Below, in pieces: positions 50,635 through 60,316 of a stretch of DNA of 64,000 nt. Position 1 is the first letter of the stretch, and each line of letters opens with the position of its first letter. The DNA comes from Candidatus Daviesbacteria bacterium (GTDB lineage: Bacteria; Patescibacteriota; Microgenomatia; Daviesbacterales; UBA10151). Location of the stretch: NCBI GenBank assembly GCA_028687915.1, contig JAQTZF010000001.1, forward strand, positions 1,966 through 65,965. The letters run 5' to 3'. Below the pieces are notes generated by a model, which searched no databases, was not told where the DNA came from, and saw only the letters and a program-made list of their open reading frames with translations. Made by a program: the position numbers and the translations under genes.

Positions 50635-51177
50635 TTATAATCCTGTTTTCTCTACAACTTTATACAAGACAATTCCTAAAGAAACCATTACATTTAAAGA
50701 AACATTGACGCCTAACATAGGCAATTCTACTATTCCATCACATAAATCTAAAACTTCTTTAGAAACACCATCACTCTCATGCCCTACTACTAAAGCAATT
50801 GGGAGTGAATAATCATATTTATCATAAGGAACAGATTTCTCTGATTGTTCTACAGCAATTATTCTTATATCCTTATTCTTAAATCTTAAATCTTTTATAG
50901 CATCAGTGGTTTTTTCAAAATACTCCCACTCCACTATCTCCATAGTATTAATAGAAGCTTTTTTGATTCTATGATTGGGAGGTGTCTCACTACCTGCGCA
51001 AAGATAAATCTTTTTGGCGTTCACTGCATCAGCTAGTCTAAAAACACTACCTATATTATATGTATCTAATACATTATCCAAAATAATATAAATTTCATTC
51101 TTTTTGGCTTTTTTAAGAGTCTGATGGCTGATGGCTGACGGCTGATGGCTCCTCAATTGCTTTGCATTTAATTTCAT
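50635..51177 (-). CDS. SpoU/TrmH family RNA 2'-O-methyltransferase
   Basis: 'ILDNVLDTYNIGSVFRLADA', 'LVVGHESDGV', 'ELPMLG...SLNV'; ATG 51177 lies 6 nt after TATAAT. Confidence 0.93.
   Translation of the reverse strand: MKLNAKQLRSHQPSAISHQTLKKAKKNEIYIILDNVLDTYNIGSVFRLADAVNAKKIYLCAGSETPPNHRIKKASINTMEIVEWEYFEKTTDAIKDLRFKNKDIRIIAVEQSEKSVPYDKYDYSLPIALVVGHESDGVSKEVLDLCDGIVELPMLGVNVSLNVMVSLGIVLYKVVEKTGL
50861..50895 (-). repeat. 7-bp tandem array (TAAGAWT-like x5) inside the TrmH-family gene
   Basis: Minus strand AAAGATT TAAGATT TAAGAAT AAGGATA TAAGAAT, read as KDLRFKNKDIRI. Confidence 0.7.
51121..51150 (-). repeat. 7-bp tandem array (AGCCATC x4) inside the TrmH-family gene
   Basis: Minus strand AGCCATC AGCCGTC AGCCATC AGCCATC AG, read as SHQPSAISHQ. 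Confidence 0.85.
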
Positions 51178-51443
51178 CTGAGTATTATAAGCTAGAAACA
51201 ATCCTATTTCAAAATCACTATTTTTAAGCTTCTAAAAATTACCCCTTTATGGGATAGTTATGATATAATATTTTTTGTTCTTTGTAAGAAATTCTAAAGT
51301 ACAAGAATTTACGTAATTTTATATGAATATAAAACAAAATTTGGACGGATCCGTACCAAGCAAAACTAGAAACAGCATCCTACCACAGATACTGGCGCTA
51401 AATAACATTACAGGAAAATTACTTTTCAGTCAAGGAGGTAATT

Positions 51444-52682
51444 ATGGCTCGTACTGAAACCAAACCTTCTCATATTTCTTTAGCAGGTATTTTACATGAT
51501 GCCAGAGAAACTTCTGCACGAGGCCTCCGATATATACCAAGAATATCTTTAGTCGCAATTGTTGGTCTTGCCGGTTATTTTGCGATAACCAAACCTAATA
51601 ATCCAAACGTTCAGTTAAATGTACCCATAGGTGCATCGGATACCTTTAGCTCTTCTGATAAACATGGTACATCTTTGCTATCCTATATAGATTTAAGGAA
51701 TCCTGCTTCAACAGAACAATTATCAGCAGAACAGACCATGGGAATGCTACAAGCACTCCAGCAAAAAATTGATACAAGTACCAGCCAAAAAGCAAGCTGG
51801 ACAAATGCAGGAATTGTTTATCATGTTCAGCCAGGAGATACTCTTGACAATTTAGCCGCAAGATATGGAATCAGACAAGATCAAATTAAAGATATGTCAA
51901 ATATAACCGGGCAAAAGGCTACAGTAACAGGCAAGCTTTGGGAAGGTCAAGTGTTTCTGCTACCAACAAATAAAAAACCTGATTCCCCTTTTGATGAAAT
52001 ATATAGTAAGGCTGGATCTGATTTGGCTCAACTCAAAAGCAATCCCTCCTCTGACGTAACAAGCAGAATTGAAAGTTACTGGAATACAGCACCAAAAAGA
52101 GTTGAAAGAGCACCTGCACCACAAGTTATTGTTGATCCTGAAGCAATAGATGGAAACACTACTGCTCAAATAGTTACAGGACTAACCAGTAAATTACCAA
52201 AACTAGGTCAAGGAGTTGATAGAATTATTATTCAACCACAACGAAACCCTAACTCTGATAAAAATGATCCTGGTGCCTATATGAGTCAATCCGAAGGAAA
52301 AACAACCTTGTATTTTTCTATGGATCCAAATAAACCATTAAGCAAAGAACGCACATTATCCCTACTTGTAAATATGATAGCTTGCTCGGGAAGTATTTAT
52401 AATCCTAACTCATCTCAATTCTTTACACCAAAAGAACTTATTGCGTTAGAGTCACAAGATACTCAAATTTCTAACGAGACATATAAACTTTATCCTGGAA
52501 CAGTCAGAATTGCATCACACGAAACAGCACTTATTCAGGAAATTGTCAAAATGGCAACAGGAAAAAAAGACAGTCCTGCTAATTCCCAAGAAGCAGAAAT
52601 CAGTCGCCAAACAGATAACCTTATTAATGATTGGGCAAAGATATATCTAGGTGTAGATAACCTTGCAAATATTGCTAGATAA
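51444..52682 (+). CDS. Membrane-anchored LysM domain protein
   Basis: LysM 'YHVQPGDTLDNLAARYGI...LWEGQVFLLP'; AAGGAGG SD. Confidence 0.85.
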   Translation: MARTETKPSHISLAGILHDARETSARGLRYIPRISLVAIVGLAGYFAITKPNNPNVQLNVPIGASDTFSSSDKHGTSLLSYIDLRNPASTEQLSAEQTMGMLQALQQKIDTSTSQKASWTNAGIVYHVQPGDTLDNLAARYGIRQDQIKDMSNITGQKATVTGKLWEGQVFLLPTNKKPDSPFDEIYSKAGSDLAQLKSNPSSDVTSRIESYWNTAPKRVERAPAPQVIVDPEAIDGNTTAQIVTGLTSKLPKLGQGVDRIIIQPQRNPNSDKNDPGAYMSQSEGKTTLYFSMDPNKPLSKERTLSLLVNMIACSGSIYNPNSSQFFTPKELIALESQDTQISNETYKLYPGTVRIASHETALIQEIVKMATGKKDSPANSQEAEISRQTDNLINDWAKIYLGVDNLANIAR

Positions 52683-52808
52683 TAAGTTCTCTATAAGCCT
52701 TGCTTATGTTAATTAAAAAAGATTTGGAATATCTATTGCCAAATCAAATAAAACTAAAGTCCAGGAGATCCTTACTAAAACACTTTTTAACTAAAGGAGG
52801 TATCCCTA

Positions 52809-54152
52809 ATGGCTCTTGAAGAACATATTGAAGAATCAGTCAATCACAGCCTTCCCTCTTCAAGAGAAGTGCTCAAAGAAATTACAGAAGCCAGCCGCGG
52901 AACACTAAAATGGGCAGCCAATCATTGGAGAGGCTTAGCCCTTGGTACTGCATTGGTAATCAGTAGTGGGATGGGTATAAGTAACGCTTCTGCCATTACA
53001 AAATATGTTTCTGAAAATACTCCTACTATTCAAACAACAGCTGAACAACCTTTAGCCAGCCCTTTATTCTCTAATAACCAATCTATTGAAAATATTTCAA
53101 ACAATCCCTTAAAAAAACAGCACGAGCGCTTAGAAACAGTTGTTTCTGTTGAACAAACATCTTTAATGTTACAAGACATAAATAATAAAGTTGAAGAGAT
53201 TTACAACATCAGAAGTAATTGGGAAAGTGGAAAATCATATACAGCAAAAAAAGGAGATACCTATGAATCTATTGCAGCAGCCAACAATACAACCATAGAT
53301 AAAATTTTACAAATAAATAAACGCCTTAGCCCAAAGTCACTTCCTGAAGGTGAAAGGTTTATTCTTCCTGTAAGCAATCTACCTGTACCATACTTAGGAA
53401 AGATTTTTGACCAAGCTAAAATTGATTTAAATGAATTAGAAAAAATAAGGAATGAAAAAGGTGCAAGCTCACAAGAAGCAAAAGATATGGCTCAACGTAT
53501 TTACCACCAATGGAACACCTCTCCAGCAGAATCAACTCCAAACACACCTCCTAAAATCATTATTGACCCAGAGGCTAAAAATAGTGAATTTATCGCTCAA
53601 CAAATTCAAAAGTCTATTGATCTGATGCCCGGCTGGGGACGCGTAGTTAATCAATATATTATCGTTCCCCGTAGCGTCATGCCTGATTTCTTTGCACCCA
53701 TGGGCACTGTTATATTTCCAGACAAAGGCGCTGATGTTTATGTTTTTGATATGCCAAGTAAGCCTGACAGAAACGGTAAATTAGAGCCTTGGACTGAAAG
53801 GTGGTTACAGGTAGATCTTTTACACGAAAATATGCATGCTGCCAGTATATATGAAGAGTTTTCTTCTCGTTTATTTTCTCCAATAAAGTTAGTAGAGCTA
53901 ACCCTTAAGGACACACAAATCTCTAACATGAGTTATCTTGTTCACCCTCAAACATCCAGGATAAGCGAACGCGATGAAGCTGCTGCTTGGGAAGGTGTAA
54001 AATTATTTACAGTCAGACCTGAAACAACTCAACTTCCACCTGATATGGCGCTTGAAAAAGATGAATTAGATTTTGCAAAAGAAAACCTAACACCAATATT
54101 AGGACCTGATTTTGATTATATTCAAGCAAGTCAAAAATTAGGTATTCAATAA
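52809..54152 (+). CDS. Membrane-anchored LysM protein with an HExxH motif (paralog of the preceding gene)
   Basis: LysM 'YTAKKGDTYESIAAANNTTIDKILQIN...LPEGERFILP'; 'LLHENMH'; AAGGAGG SD. Confidence 0.85.
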   Translation: MALEEHIEESVNHSLPSSREVLKEITEASRGTLKWAANHWRGLALGTALVISSGMGISNASAITKYVSENTPTIQTTAEQPLASPLFSNNQSIENISNNPLKKQHERLETVVSVEQTSLMLQDINNKVEEIYNIRSNWESGKSYTAKKGDTYESIAAANNTTIDKILQINKRLSPKSLPEGERFILPVSNLPVPYLGKIFDQAKIDLNELEKIRNEKGASSQEAKDMAQRIYHQWNTSPAESTPNTPPKIIIDPEAKNSEFIAQQIQKSIDLMPGWGRVVNQYIIVPRSVMPDFFAPMGTVIFPDKGADVYVFDMPSKPDRNGKLEPWTERWLQVDLLHENMHAASIYEEFSSRLFSPIKLVELTLKDTQISNMSYLVHPQTSRISERDEAAAWEGVKLFTVRPETTQLPPDMALEKDELDFAKENLTPILGPDFDYIQASQKLGIQ

Positions 54153-54217
54153 ACCCCCTTTATAAGTTAGTTGCATTTTATGTTTAAATATAGGTATAGT
54201 TGAAGTAAGGCAAATGT

Positions 54218-55234
54218 ATGAGTCTTCACAAAAAAATCAAAGCTCATTTAGCAAAAAAACATAAACACCATATGGAAGAAAGCTCACAACCCCCTATTTT
54301 AGAAACCAGTATTAGAAAAAAAGGTAATTTTGATATAAATTTAATTACTCAAAAACTCAAAAATCCATTAATTTTAGTTCCTTTAGTTATACTAATCCTT
54401 TCAATTTTAATTGCTGGGTTTTTATATTTTAATAAACAAAATCTCACTCTTCCCTCTCTTAATACTATTGATTTAACAAAAGGTAAAATTACTGATCTAC
54501 AAGATAATTTAGGATTCTATATTGAACAAGCTCCAGAGGTTTGTGATCAAAATAATTTAACTAAAACTTTTAAATCTTTTGTAGTACCTGGAGAAACCGG
54601 AAAACCTACTAAAAGCGGAGCACATTCTGTTTATGGGGAAACTACCTGGAATTACATGCTACAAGGTGAAATATCTAAAATTGAAACCATGCCAACTGGA
54701 ATTAAATATACTTTAATAAGTGGAGAAGATACCTTAATCACCCAAAGCACAAATAATACCGTTGCCTGGAAACCAGAGCCTGTAAAAGTTGACGTTTCAT
54801 CATTTGCACTAAAAGATAAAGTGCGTCTCTACTATTTGGTTAAATGCGGAGAAAACAAACCTCCCCTCCTTTTTCTAGAATATATCCAAAAAACAGCCAC
54901 AACTACTGCTAAACAACCTGCCATTGCCACAAGCTCTGGTGGATTAAAAACCAGGAGTAATAATTGGCAGGGTTTTAGAGGTACAGTAAAGGAAAAGGGA
55001 GCAAATTCCTTAACTTTAGTTAGTGAAGGACAAACAATGAAAATTGAAATCGGAAGTAATGTGCATTTACGGATTATTAATGAATCTGAATTAAAGAAAA
55101 ATCCAGAACTTTATTTAAAACAACCACCTCAGGAAGCTTCAATTTCCGGAGTAAAAATTGGTGAAACAGTTGACGCTACAGGAGAGATTGATGGTACAAC
55201 ATTTAAAGCTAAATCAGTTATTATTATTAGGTAA
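54218..55234 (+). CDS. Hypothetical single-TM protein with predicted OB-fold-like domains
   Basis: TM helix; 'FRGTVKE.G.NSLTL...KIGETV...G...G.TFKA.SVII' pattern. Confidence 0.72.
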   Translation: MSLHKKIKAHLAKKHKHHMEESSQPPILETSIRKKGNFDINLITQKLKNPLILVPLVILILSILIAGFLYFNKQNLTLPSLNTIDLTKGKITDLQDNLGFYIEQAPEVCDQNNLTKTFKSFVVPGETGKPTKSGAHSVYGETTWNYMLQGEISKIETMPTGIKYTLISGEDTLITQSTNNTVAWKPEPVKVDVSSFALKDKVRLYYLVKCGENKPPLLFLEYIQKTATTTAKQPAIATSSGGLKTRSNNWQGFRGTVKEKGANSLTLVSEGQTMKIEIGSNVHLRIINESELKKNPELYLKQPPQEASISGVKIGETVDATGEIDGTTFKAKSVIIIR

Positions 55235-55238
55235 AACT

Positions 55239-56918
55239 ATGAATATAAAAATAAAAATCATAATCATATTTATAGCTTTTTTTACTTTTCAGTTTCTTGT
55301 TTTTGCTCCTAAACCAGCTTTAGCCTGCAGTGCTGGATGCAGTGGTTGTGCTCCATCAGGATATCCAGGAGATGCTTGCGGATCAGGATCTGCGTGGTGT
55401 ACCGATGGCACAGAAAATGAATACGGTTCTTGTAATGGTTGGTCTGAATCTTGTTGTAGTTATGGCGGAGCTGCTTCAGCTGGAAATAATGTAGGAGGTT
55501 ATTTGAGAAATGCTGCTACTAATCAACTGTTGAACGGAAGAGAAATTGACTGGGTAGATAAACTAGGCAATATTCGTAAACGCTGGACAGGTCCACCAAG
55601 TTTCCCAGACGGAGGATACTGGTTTGCAGACTGGCTAAGTATTAGTGGTACTAAGCGCACTGAAGAATATGGTAGTTATCCATTAGCACCATGGGTATCC
55701 AACACCTATCAATATGAAGCCTTTAGCGGAGCTCAAAACCCCCATACCATGACTGCAGTCCGTCCTAGTGGATGGTATGGATACATGCTTCCTGTTAACT
55801 TTGATGTAGTTGCTAGTCCTCCGGATCCAGTTCTTGTAGATTTATGGTATAAACCACCTCCTACTGCTCACTTCATTACCGGTAATAATATTAGCACTCT
55901 GGTAAATACCCAGCTAAACTTTAATACCTATATACAAGATGATGGTAGTGGTATTAGAGGTGCTCAGATATTTGTTGCCAAAACAAACGGTGGTACTAAT
56001 GTAACATCCTGGGGGCCAACGACATCAACTCCTTGTTCTGGAGGCGTTGATGGAAGTGGACGATGGTGTCTATTAGCACAAAGTCCTGCATACAACCCCG
56101 CCGTAAACCCTCTAAATTTCCCTGCTTCATGGATCCCAACTGTCACCGGAACTTATGTTGTAGCAGTTAATGCATATAATCCCAATCCCAGTGGTATGTG
56201 TTCAGGGAACCCTGTTGATACAGGCTTTGCCAGATGTGATGCTTCTGGAAACGATATAGTCACTGTTACTGTTTCATATCCTGGCTATGTTGCCTGTCCT
56301 ACTGCCTGTGGTAGTGCAGCCAGCAATCAACCAGATGGTGCTGGTGGTACTCACTATTGTGCAGCAGTTACTCCTCCTGCCTATGTTGCCTGTCCTACTG
56401 CCTGTGGTAGTGCAGCCAGCAATCAACCAGATGGTGCCTGTGGTACTCATTATTGTGCAGCCCCAGCTGCTTGTCCTACTCCACCCCCTCCTACTATTGT
56501 GATTCCAACACCTACTACACCACCTACACCAACTACTACCCCTGTTCCCACATTTTGTATTACAAATTCATATCTGGGAAGTGGGTTTGGTATCTCCTGG
56601 ACTAATCCTGCAGGTTTCCCTGTTACTTTTGTTGATATCAGCTCCAACAGCAGCTTTTCATCCTATTACAATAAGGCTGTTAGCGGTACATCAACCACTG
56701 GTCCTAATGGTTTTTGTCGGGCACCATATACCGGTACTTGTGATAGCACCAAAAACCCTTTAAGTATTTTACCAAATGTTACTTATTATGTGAGACTATA
56801 TAATGGGGTTGCTTCTAATGGTGGTCATGGTCCCTCCACCTCTTTTGGACCTATCCCCAGCTGCCCAAGAGCACCATTCTTAAAAACCAGTGGTGGAGAT
56901 GTTCATTTAAATCAGTAA
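55239..56918 (+). CDS. Secreted Cys-rich protein with a 32-aa tandem repeat and PT linker
   Basis: Signal peptide ending 'PALA' from ATG 55239; many Cys; ends 'PFLKTSGGDVHLNQ'. Confidence 0.8.
   Translation: MNIKIKIIIIFIAFFTFQFLVFAPKPALACSAGCSGCAPSGYPGDACGSGSAWCTDGTENEYGSCNGWSESCCSYGGAASAGNNVGGYLRNAATNQLLNGREIDWVDKLGNIRKRWTGPPSFPDGGYWFADWLSISGTKRTEEYGSYPLAPWVSNTYQYEAFSGAQNPHTMTAVRPSGWYGYMLPVNFDVVASPPDPVLVDLWYKPPPTAHFITGNNISTLVNTQLNFNTYIQDDGSGIRGAQIFVAKTNGGTNVTSWGPTTSTPCSGGVDGSGRWCLLAQSPAYNPAVNPLNFPASWIPTVTGTYVVAVNAYNPNPSGMCSGNPVDTGFARCDASGNDIVTVTVSYPGYVACPTACGSAASNQPDGAGGTHYCAAVTPPAYVACPTACGSAASNQPDGACGTHYCAAPAACPTPPPPTIVIPTPTTPPTPTTTPVPTFCITNSYLGSGFGISWTNPAGFPVTFVDISSNSSFSSYYNKAVSGTSTTGPNGFCRAPYTGTCDSTKNPLSILPNVTYYVRLYNGVASNGGHGPSTSFGPIPSCPRAPFLKTSGGDVHLNQ
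56285..56461 (+). repeat. 96-bp-period in-frame tandem duplication
   Basis: 56285-56365 is near-identical to 56381-56461 (YVACPTACGSAASNQPDGAxGTHYCAA twice). Confidence 0.9.
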
Positions 56919-56937
56919 GGATTAAGTTTACAAAAGA

Positions 56938-57930
56938 TTATTTCTTTTTAAGAGGTTCCCACCAAGCTTGATTATTTTTATACCATTCAACTGTTTTTTC
57001 CAGCCATTCTTTAAATTCATGCTGTGGTTTCCAGCCTAACTCATTTTTAATTTTGCTCCAATCAACAACATATTTAAAATCATGACCTTTTCTGTCTGTG
57101 ACAAATTCAATTGATTGCTCAGGGTCTTTACCCATGATACGACATATTTCCTGGGCTACCTGCAGATTTGTCCACTCTTCTGATTCCATACCACCAACAC
57201 AATAAGTTTCCCCTATCTTCCCCTTTAATAAAACTGCTTCGATTGCCCGGCAGTGATCTTCTACATAAAGCCAATCCCTTGATTGTTTACCCTGACCATA
57301 AACAGGGATTTTTTTATCAGTCATTAAATTAGTAATAGCCAAAGGAATCAATTTTTCCGGGAAATGGTAAGGGCCATAATTATTGGAACAATTTGTAATA
57401 GTAATTGGCAAATCATAAGTGACACTGTATGCCCGAACCAAATGATCTGACCCGGCCTTTGAAGCAGCATATGGACTACGGGGTGAATATGCAGTTTCCT
57501 CATTAAATTTCCGTGTTTCCATCTCCCCAATTGCCCCAAACACCTCATCTGTTGAAACATGATGAAATCTTTTAACATTATTATTTAAAGAAGCATCAAG
57601 TAATACTTGTGTCCCCATTACATTGGTTTTTATAAAAATTGCTGGTTCTAAAATTGAGCGGTCAACATGAGATTCAGCAGCAAAATGAACAACAGTATCA
57701 AATTTTTCCTCTCTAAATAGATTATCAACAAAGGGTGCATCCACAATATCACCTTTAACAAATTTAAAATTTTCTTGACCCTCTAAATCTTTTAAAGATT
57801 CTAAATTACCAGCGTAGGTGAGTTTATCTAAAACAACAATTAAATCTTCAGGATGAGATTTATTCCAGTAGTGAACAAAGTTAGATCCGATAAAACCAGC
57901 TCCACCTGTTACAAGAATTTTCATCTTCAT
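56938..57930 (-). CDS. rfbB: dTDP-glucose 4,6-dehydratase
   Basis: 'ILVTGGAGFIGSNF', 'DKLTYAGN', 'HFAAESHVDRSI', 'HVSTDEVFG', 'PYAASKA', 'CSNNYGPY'. Confidence 0.97.
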   Translation of the reverse strand: MKMKILVTGGAGFIGSNFVHYWNKSHPEDLIVVLDKLTYAGNLESLKDLEGQENFKFVKGDIVDAPFVDNLFREEKFDTVVHFAAESHVDRSILEPAIFIKTNVMGTQVLLDASLNNNVKRFHHVSTDEVFGAIGEMETRKFNEETAYSPRSPYAASKAGSDHLVRAYSVTYDLPITITNCSNNYGPYHFPEKLIPLAITNLMTDKKIPVYGQGKQSRDWLYVEDHCRAIEAVLLKGKIGETYCVGGMESEEWTNLQVAQEICRIMGKDPEQSIEFVTDRKGHDFKYVVDWSKIKNELGWKPQHEFKEWLEKTVEWYKNNQAWWEPLKKK

Positions 57931-58009
57931 TATTCTATACCTAAAATACTAAAATTTACAACTTTTTGATTGAATTGGCTTACCTCACTATGCTACATTT
58001 AAATGAAGT

Positions 58010-58060
58010 ATAAGCAAAGCTTGAAAATAAGTTTTCAGCTGCGCTTTCAAACTTATTTAT
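58010..58060. repeat. Palindromic repeat related to 25828-25880
   Basis: ATAAGCAAAGCTTGAAAA...GCTTTCAAACTTATTTAT; its end overlaps the ATG at 58059. Confidence 0.65.
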
Positions 58061-58430
58061 GAAACAACGCTTATCTTTAGGAGTTAGAATTTTTGGCTTG
58101 TTATTAATATTACCCCTACTTGGTATTGCTTTCTCTCCCCCACTAAAAACCAATGCAGCTTGCGTTAGTCCAACAGATTCTCCAATCCGTGTTAATGATG
58201 GATTAGTTTCTGCTATAGATGTTGGAAACATTTCTCCTTTAACTAATGTTAATTGTGTAAGCGGAGGTTCTGCATCAATTCCTCAATTTTCTCTCCCAAC
58301 TTATGATTCTATGATGCGGGATTATTTTGATCAGGCAAAAAGCTCCTATAATAAAATTACTGTTTCTGGCCCTGCTGTTCAGGATTCAACAGACGCTAAT
58401 CCAGATCCTATAAATCTGGTTTCTTTCTAA
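58059..58430 (+). CDS. Secreted hypothetical protein, possibly a gene fragment
   Basis: Signal peptide ending 'TNA'; 123 aa. Confidence 0.62.
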   Translation: MKQRLSLGVRIFGLLLILPLLGIAFSPPLKTNAACVSPTDSPIRVNDGLVSAIDVGNISPLTNVNCVSGGSASIPQFSLPTYDSMMRDYFDQAKSSYNKITVSGPAVQDSTDANPDPINLVSF

Positions 58431-58495
58431 ATTAGTATATTTTTTTTAAATAAAATTTGTTTGACATTTACCCTAAATTATGTCTACATTAAATT

Positions 58496-60301
58496 ATGCG
58501 AAGTTTTATTTCCAAATTAACTTATAAAGCAGGTATTTTACTTATAGCTTTAGCTATTGTTGTTATTAGTTCTTCTTTCATTGAAAAACAATTTAATATC
58601 TCTCCTAAATTAAGTAAATTGATTGGTGATGTTGCAGGAGCTATTTTTGTCTCAGGAAAATTTTTAACCCCTACTATTACAAGTGCTCAGGTTACTTCTC
58701 CTTATCAACAAGTAGATGGAATTGTAACAATAACAGGCAATGTAGGTATTGGAATAACAAATCCTGGCTCTAAATTAGATGTTATCGGAGATATTACGGT
58801 TGGAGCAGCCGGCAGCAGAGACTTGTCCTCAGGACGTTTAAAATTAAACAATAGTTATGTAAATAGTTGGGGAAATTCCATCATAGACGGACGAGTTTGG
58901 TCAGCTAATTCTAATATTCACCTTTCTCCTCCTAATGGAAACAGTGTTATCATTAACAGCGACTACCGTGATGCCGGAGGTGCAGTCGGAGGAACAGCAG
59001 GACTAATTGTTTCAGGCACAGTTACAGCCCCAACTTTTTCAGGTAATGCTACTACAGCAACTTCATTAGCAGGAACCGGTAAAACAAATAAGGAATCAAG
59101 ATTATGGAGATCAGATAATGAGGATAGTTACCATTATTATATAAGACATTATTGGACTGGCAGTACAAACGGCTGGAGAATTACCGCAAATAATGATATT
59201 GGAGACGAACAAGCTAATATACACAGGGTAAGTGTTGATCAAGCAGATAATGCGGATTCCGTTGATGGAGTACATCTGAATCAATGGGTGAATACAGATT
59301 CTTCCCCTACTTTTCAAGGGATGACAGCTAACCGCCAGATAGCTTTTGAATACTCAAATAGAGGTGTTGGCAGTTATTTTGTGTTTGGAAACGGTGAATT
59401 AGCTGACGGATGGGCCAGACTTACAAACTGGGGTGATTATCATAATGGCTATCATAACCTAGCTGTTGGTCAAATTTATTACAATGGCTCTGGCCCGCGC
59501 GCTGACCTTGCTGAAGTTATCCCTGTTGATCAAACAGAAAAATTAAAGATAGGAGAATTGGTATCTACTGATCCTTTAGCCAGTGTTAGACTTCATAGAA
59601 CAAGAGGAAAAAATGATTCAACATTAGTCGGAATTGTATCAAATTTAACAACAGCTGCTATGGTCATTGGAGGAGATACACAACCACAAGATATATCTAA
59701 AATAGAGGATAAAAAACCAATTGCTCTGGTTGGAAGAGTTATAACCATTGTTAATTTAGATGGAGGAGTAATTAGCACCGGAGATACCATCACTTCCTCC
59801 TCTATCCCTGGAACTGGTATGAAACAGACTAGGGCTGGAGAATTTATTTCCAAGGCCATGGAATCTTATGATGGGTCAATGGTTAATAGCACTGGTGTGC
59901 AGCAAATTATCAACCACCTCAAAACTGAAATTGGAAAACAAGCAGAAAACGACAAAATTGATTACCAACTCGCTATCAACGACCTAACTTCTCCTTTACC
60001 TGCAGGATCAGGTAGAATTATTACCTTTGTTGATGGTGGTTTTTATGATCCTGATTTGTATTTGGCAAATAGTGAACAACTAAAGATAGTTGATAACCAT
60101 GGAAATTTCGATGTACAAAATAATGGTTCTATTATTGATAAGATTGGTGCCTTTACCCAACTTGTAGTCGGAAAAATTCAAGCTGGAATTATTGAAACCA
60201 AACAATTAATTGTTAATGGAGTAAATATATTAGATAGACTTGATTCCCAACAAAAAGAAATTGATGCTCTAAAAGCAGAAATCGAGAACCTAAAGAAGTA
60301 A
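58496..60301 (+). CDS. Anchored tail-fibre-like protein with an intramolecular-chaperone-like (peptidase G2/S74-like) C-terminal region
   Basis: 'GNVGIGITNPGSKLDV'; 'ADLAE...GELVS...VGIVS...PIALVGRV...GDTITSSSIPGTGMK'; terminal coiled coil; TTGACA promoter at 58461. Confidence 0.75.
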   Translation: MRSFISKLTYKAGILLIALAIVVISSSFIEKQFNISPKLSKLIGDVAGAIFVSGKFLTPTITSAQVTSPYQQVDGIVTITGNVGIGITNPGSKLDVIGDITVGAAGSRDLSSGRLKLNNSYVNSWGNSIIDGRVWSANSNIHLSPPNGNSVIINSDYRDAGGAVGGTAGLIVSGTVTAPTFSGNATTATSLAGTGKTNKESRLWRSDNEDSYHYYIRHYWTGSTNGWRITANNDIGDEQANIHRVSVDQADNADSVDGVHLNQWVNTDSSPTFQGMTANRQIAFEYSNRGVGSYFVFGNGELADGWARLTNWGDYHNGYHNLAVGQIYYNGSGPRADLAEVIPVDQTEKLKIGELVSTDPLASVRLHRTRGKNDSTLVGIVSNLTTAAMVIGGDTQPQDISKIEDKKPIALVGRVITIVNLDGGVISTGDTITSSSIPGTGMKQTRAGEFISKAMESYDGSMVNSTGVQQIINHLKTEIGKQAENDKIDYQLAINDLTSPLPAGSGRIITFVDGGFYDPDLYLANSEQLKIVDNHGNFDVQNNGSIIDKIGAFTQLVVGKIQAGIIETKQLIVNGVNILDRLDSQQKEIDALKAEIENLKK

Positions 60302-60316
60302 TTTACCATTTTAAAT

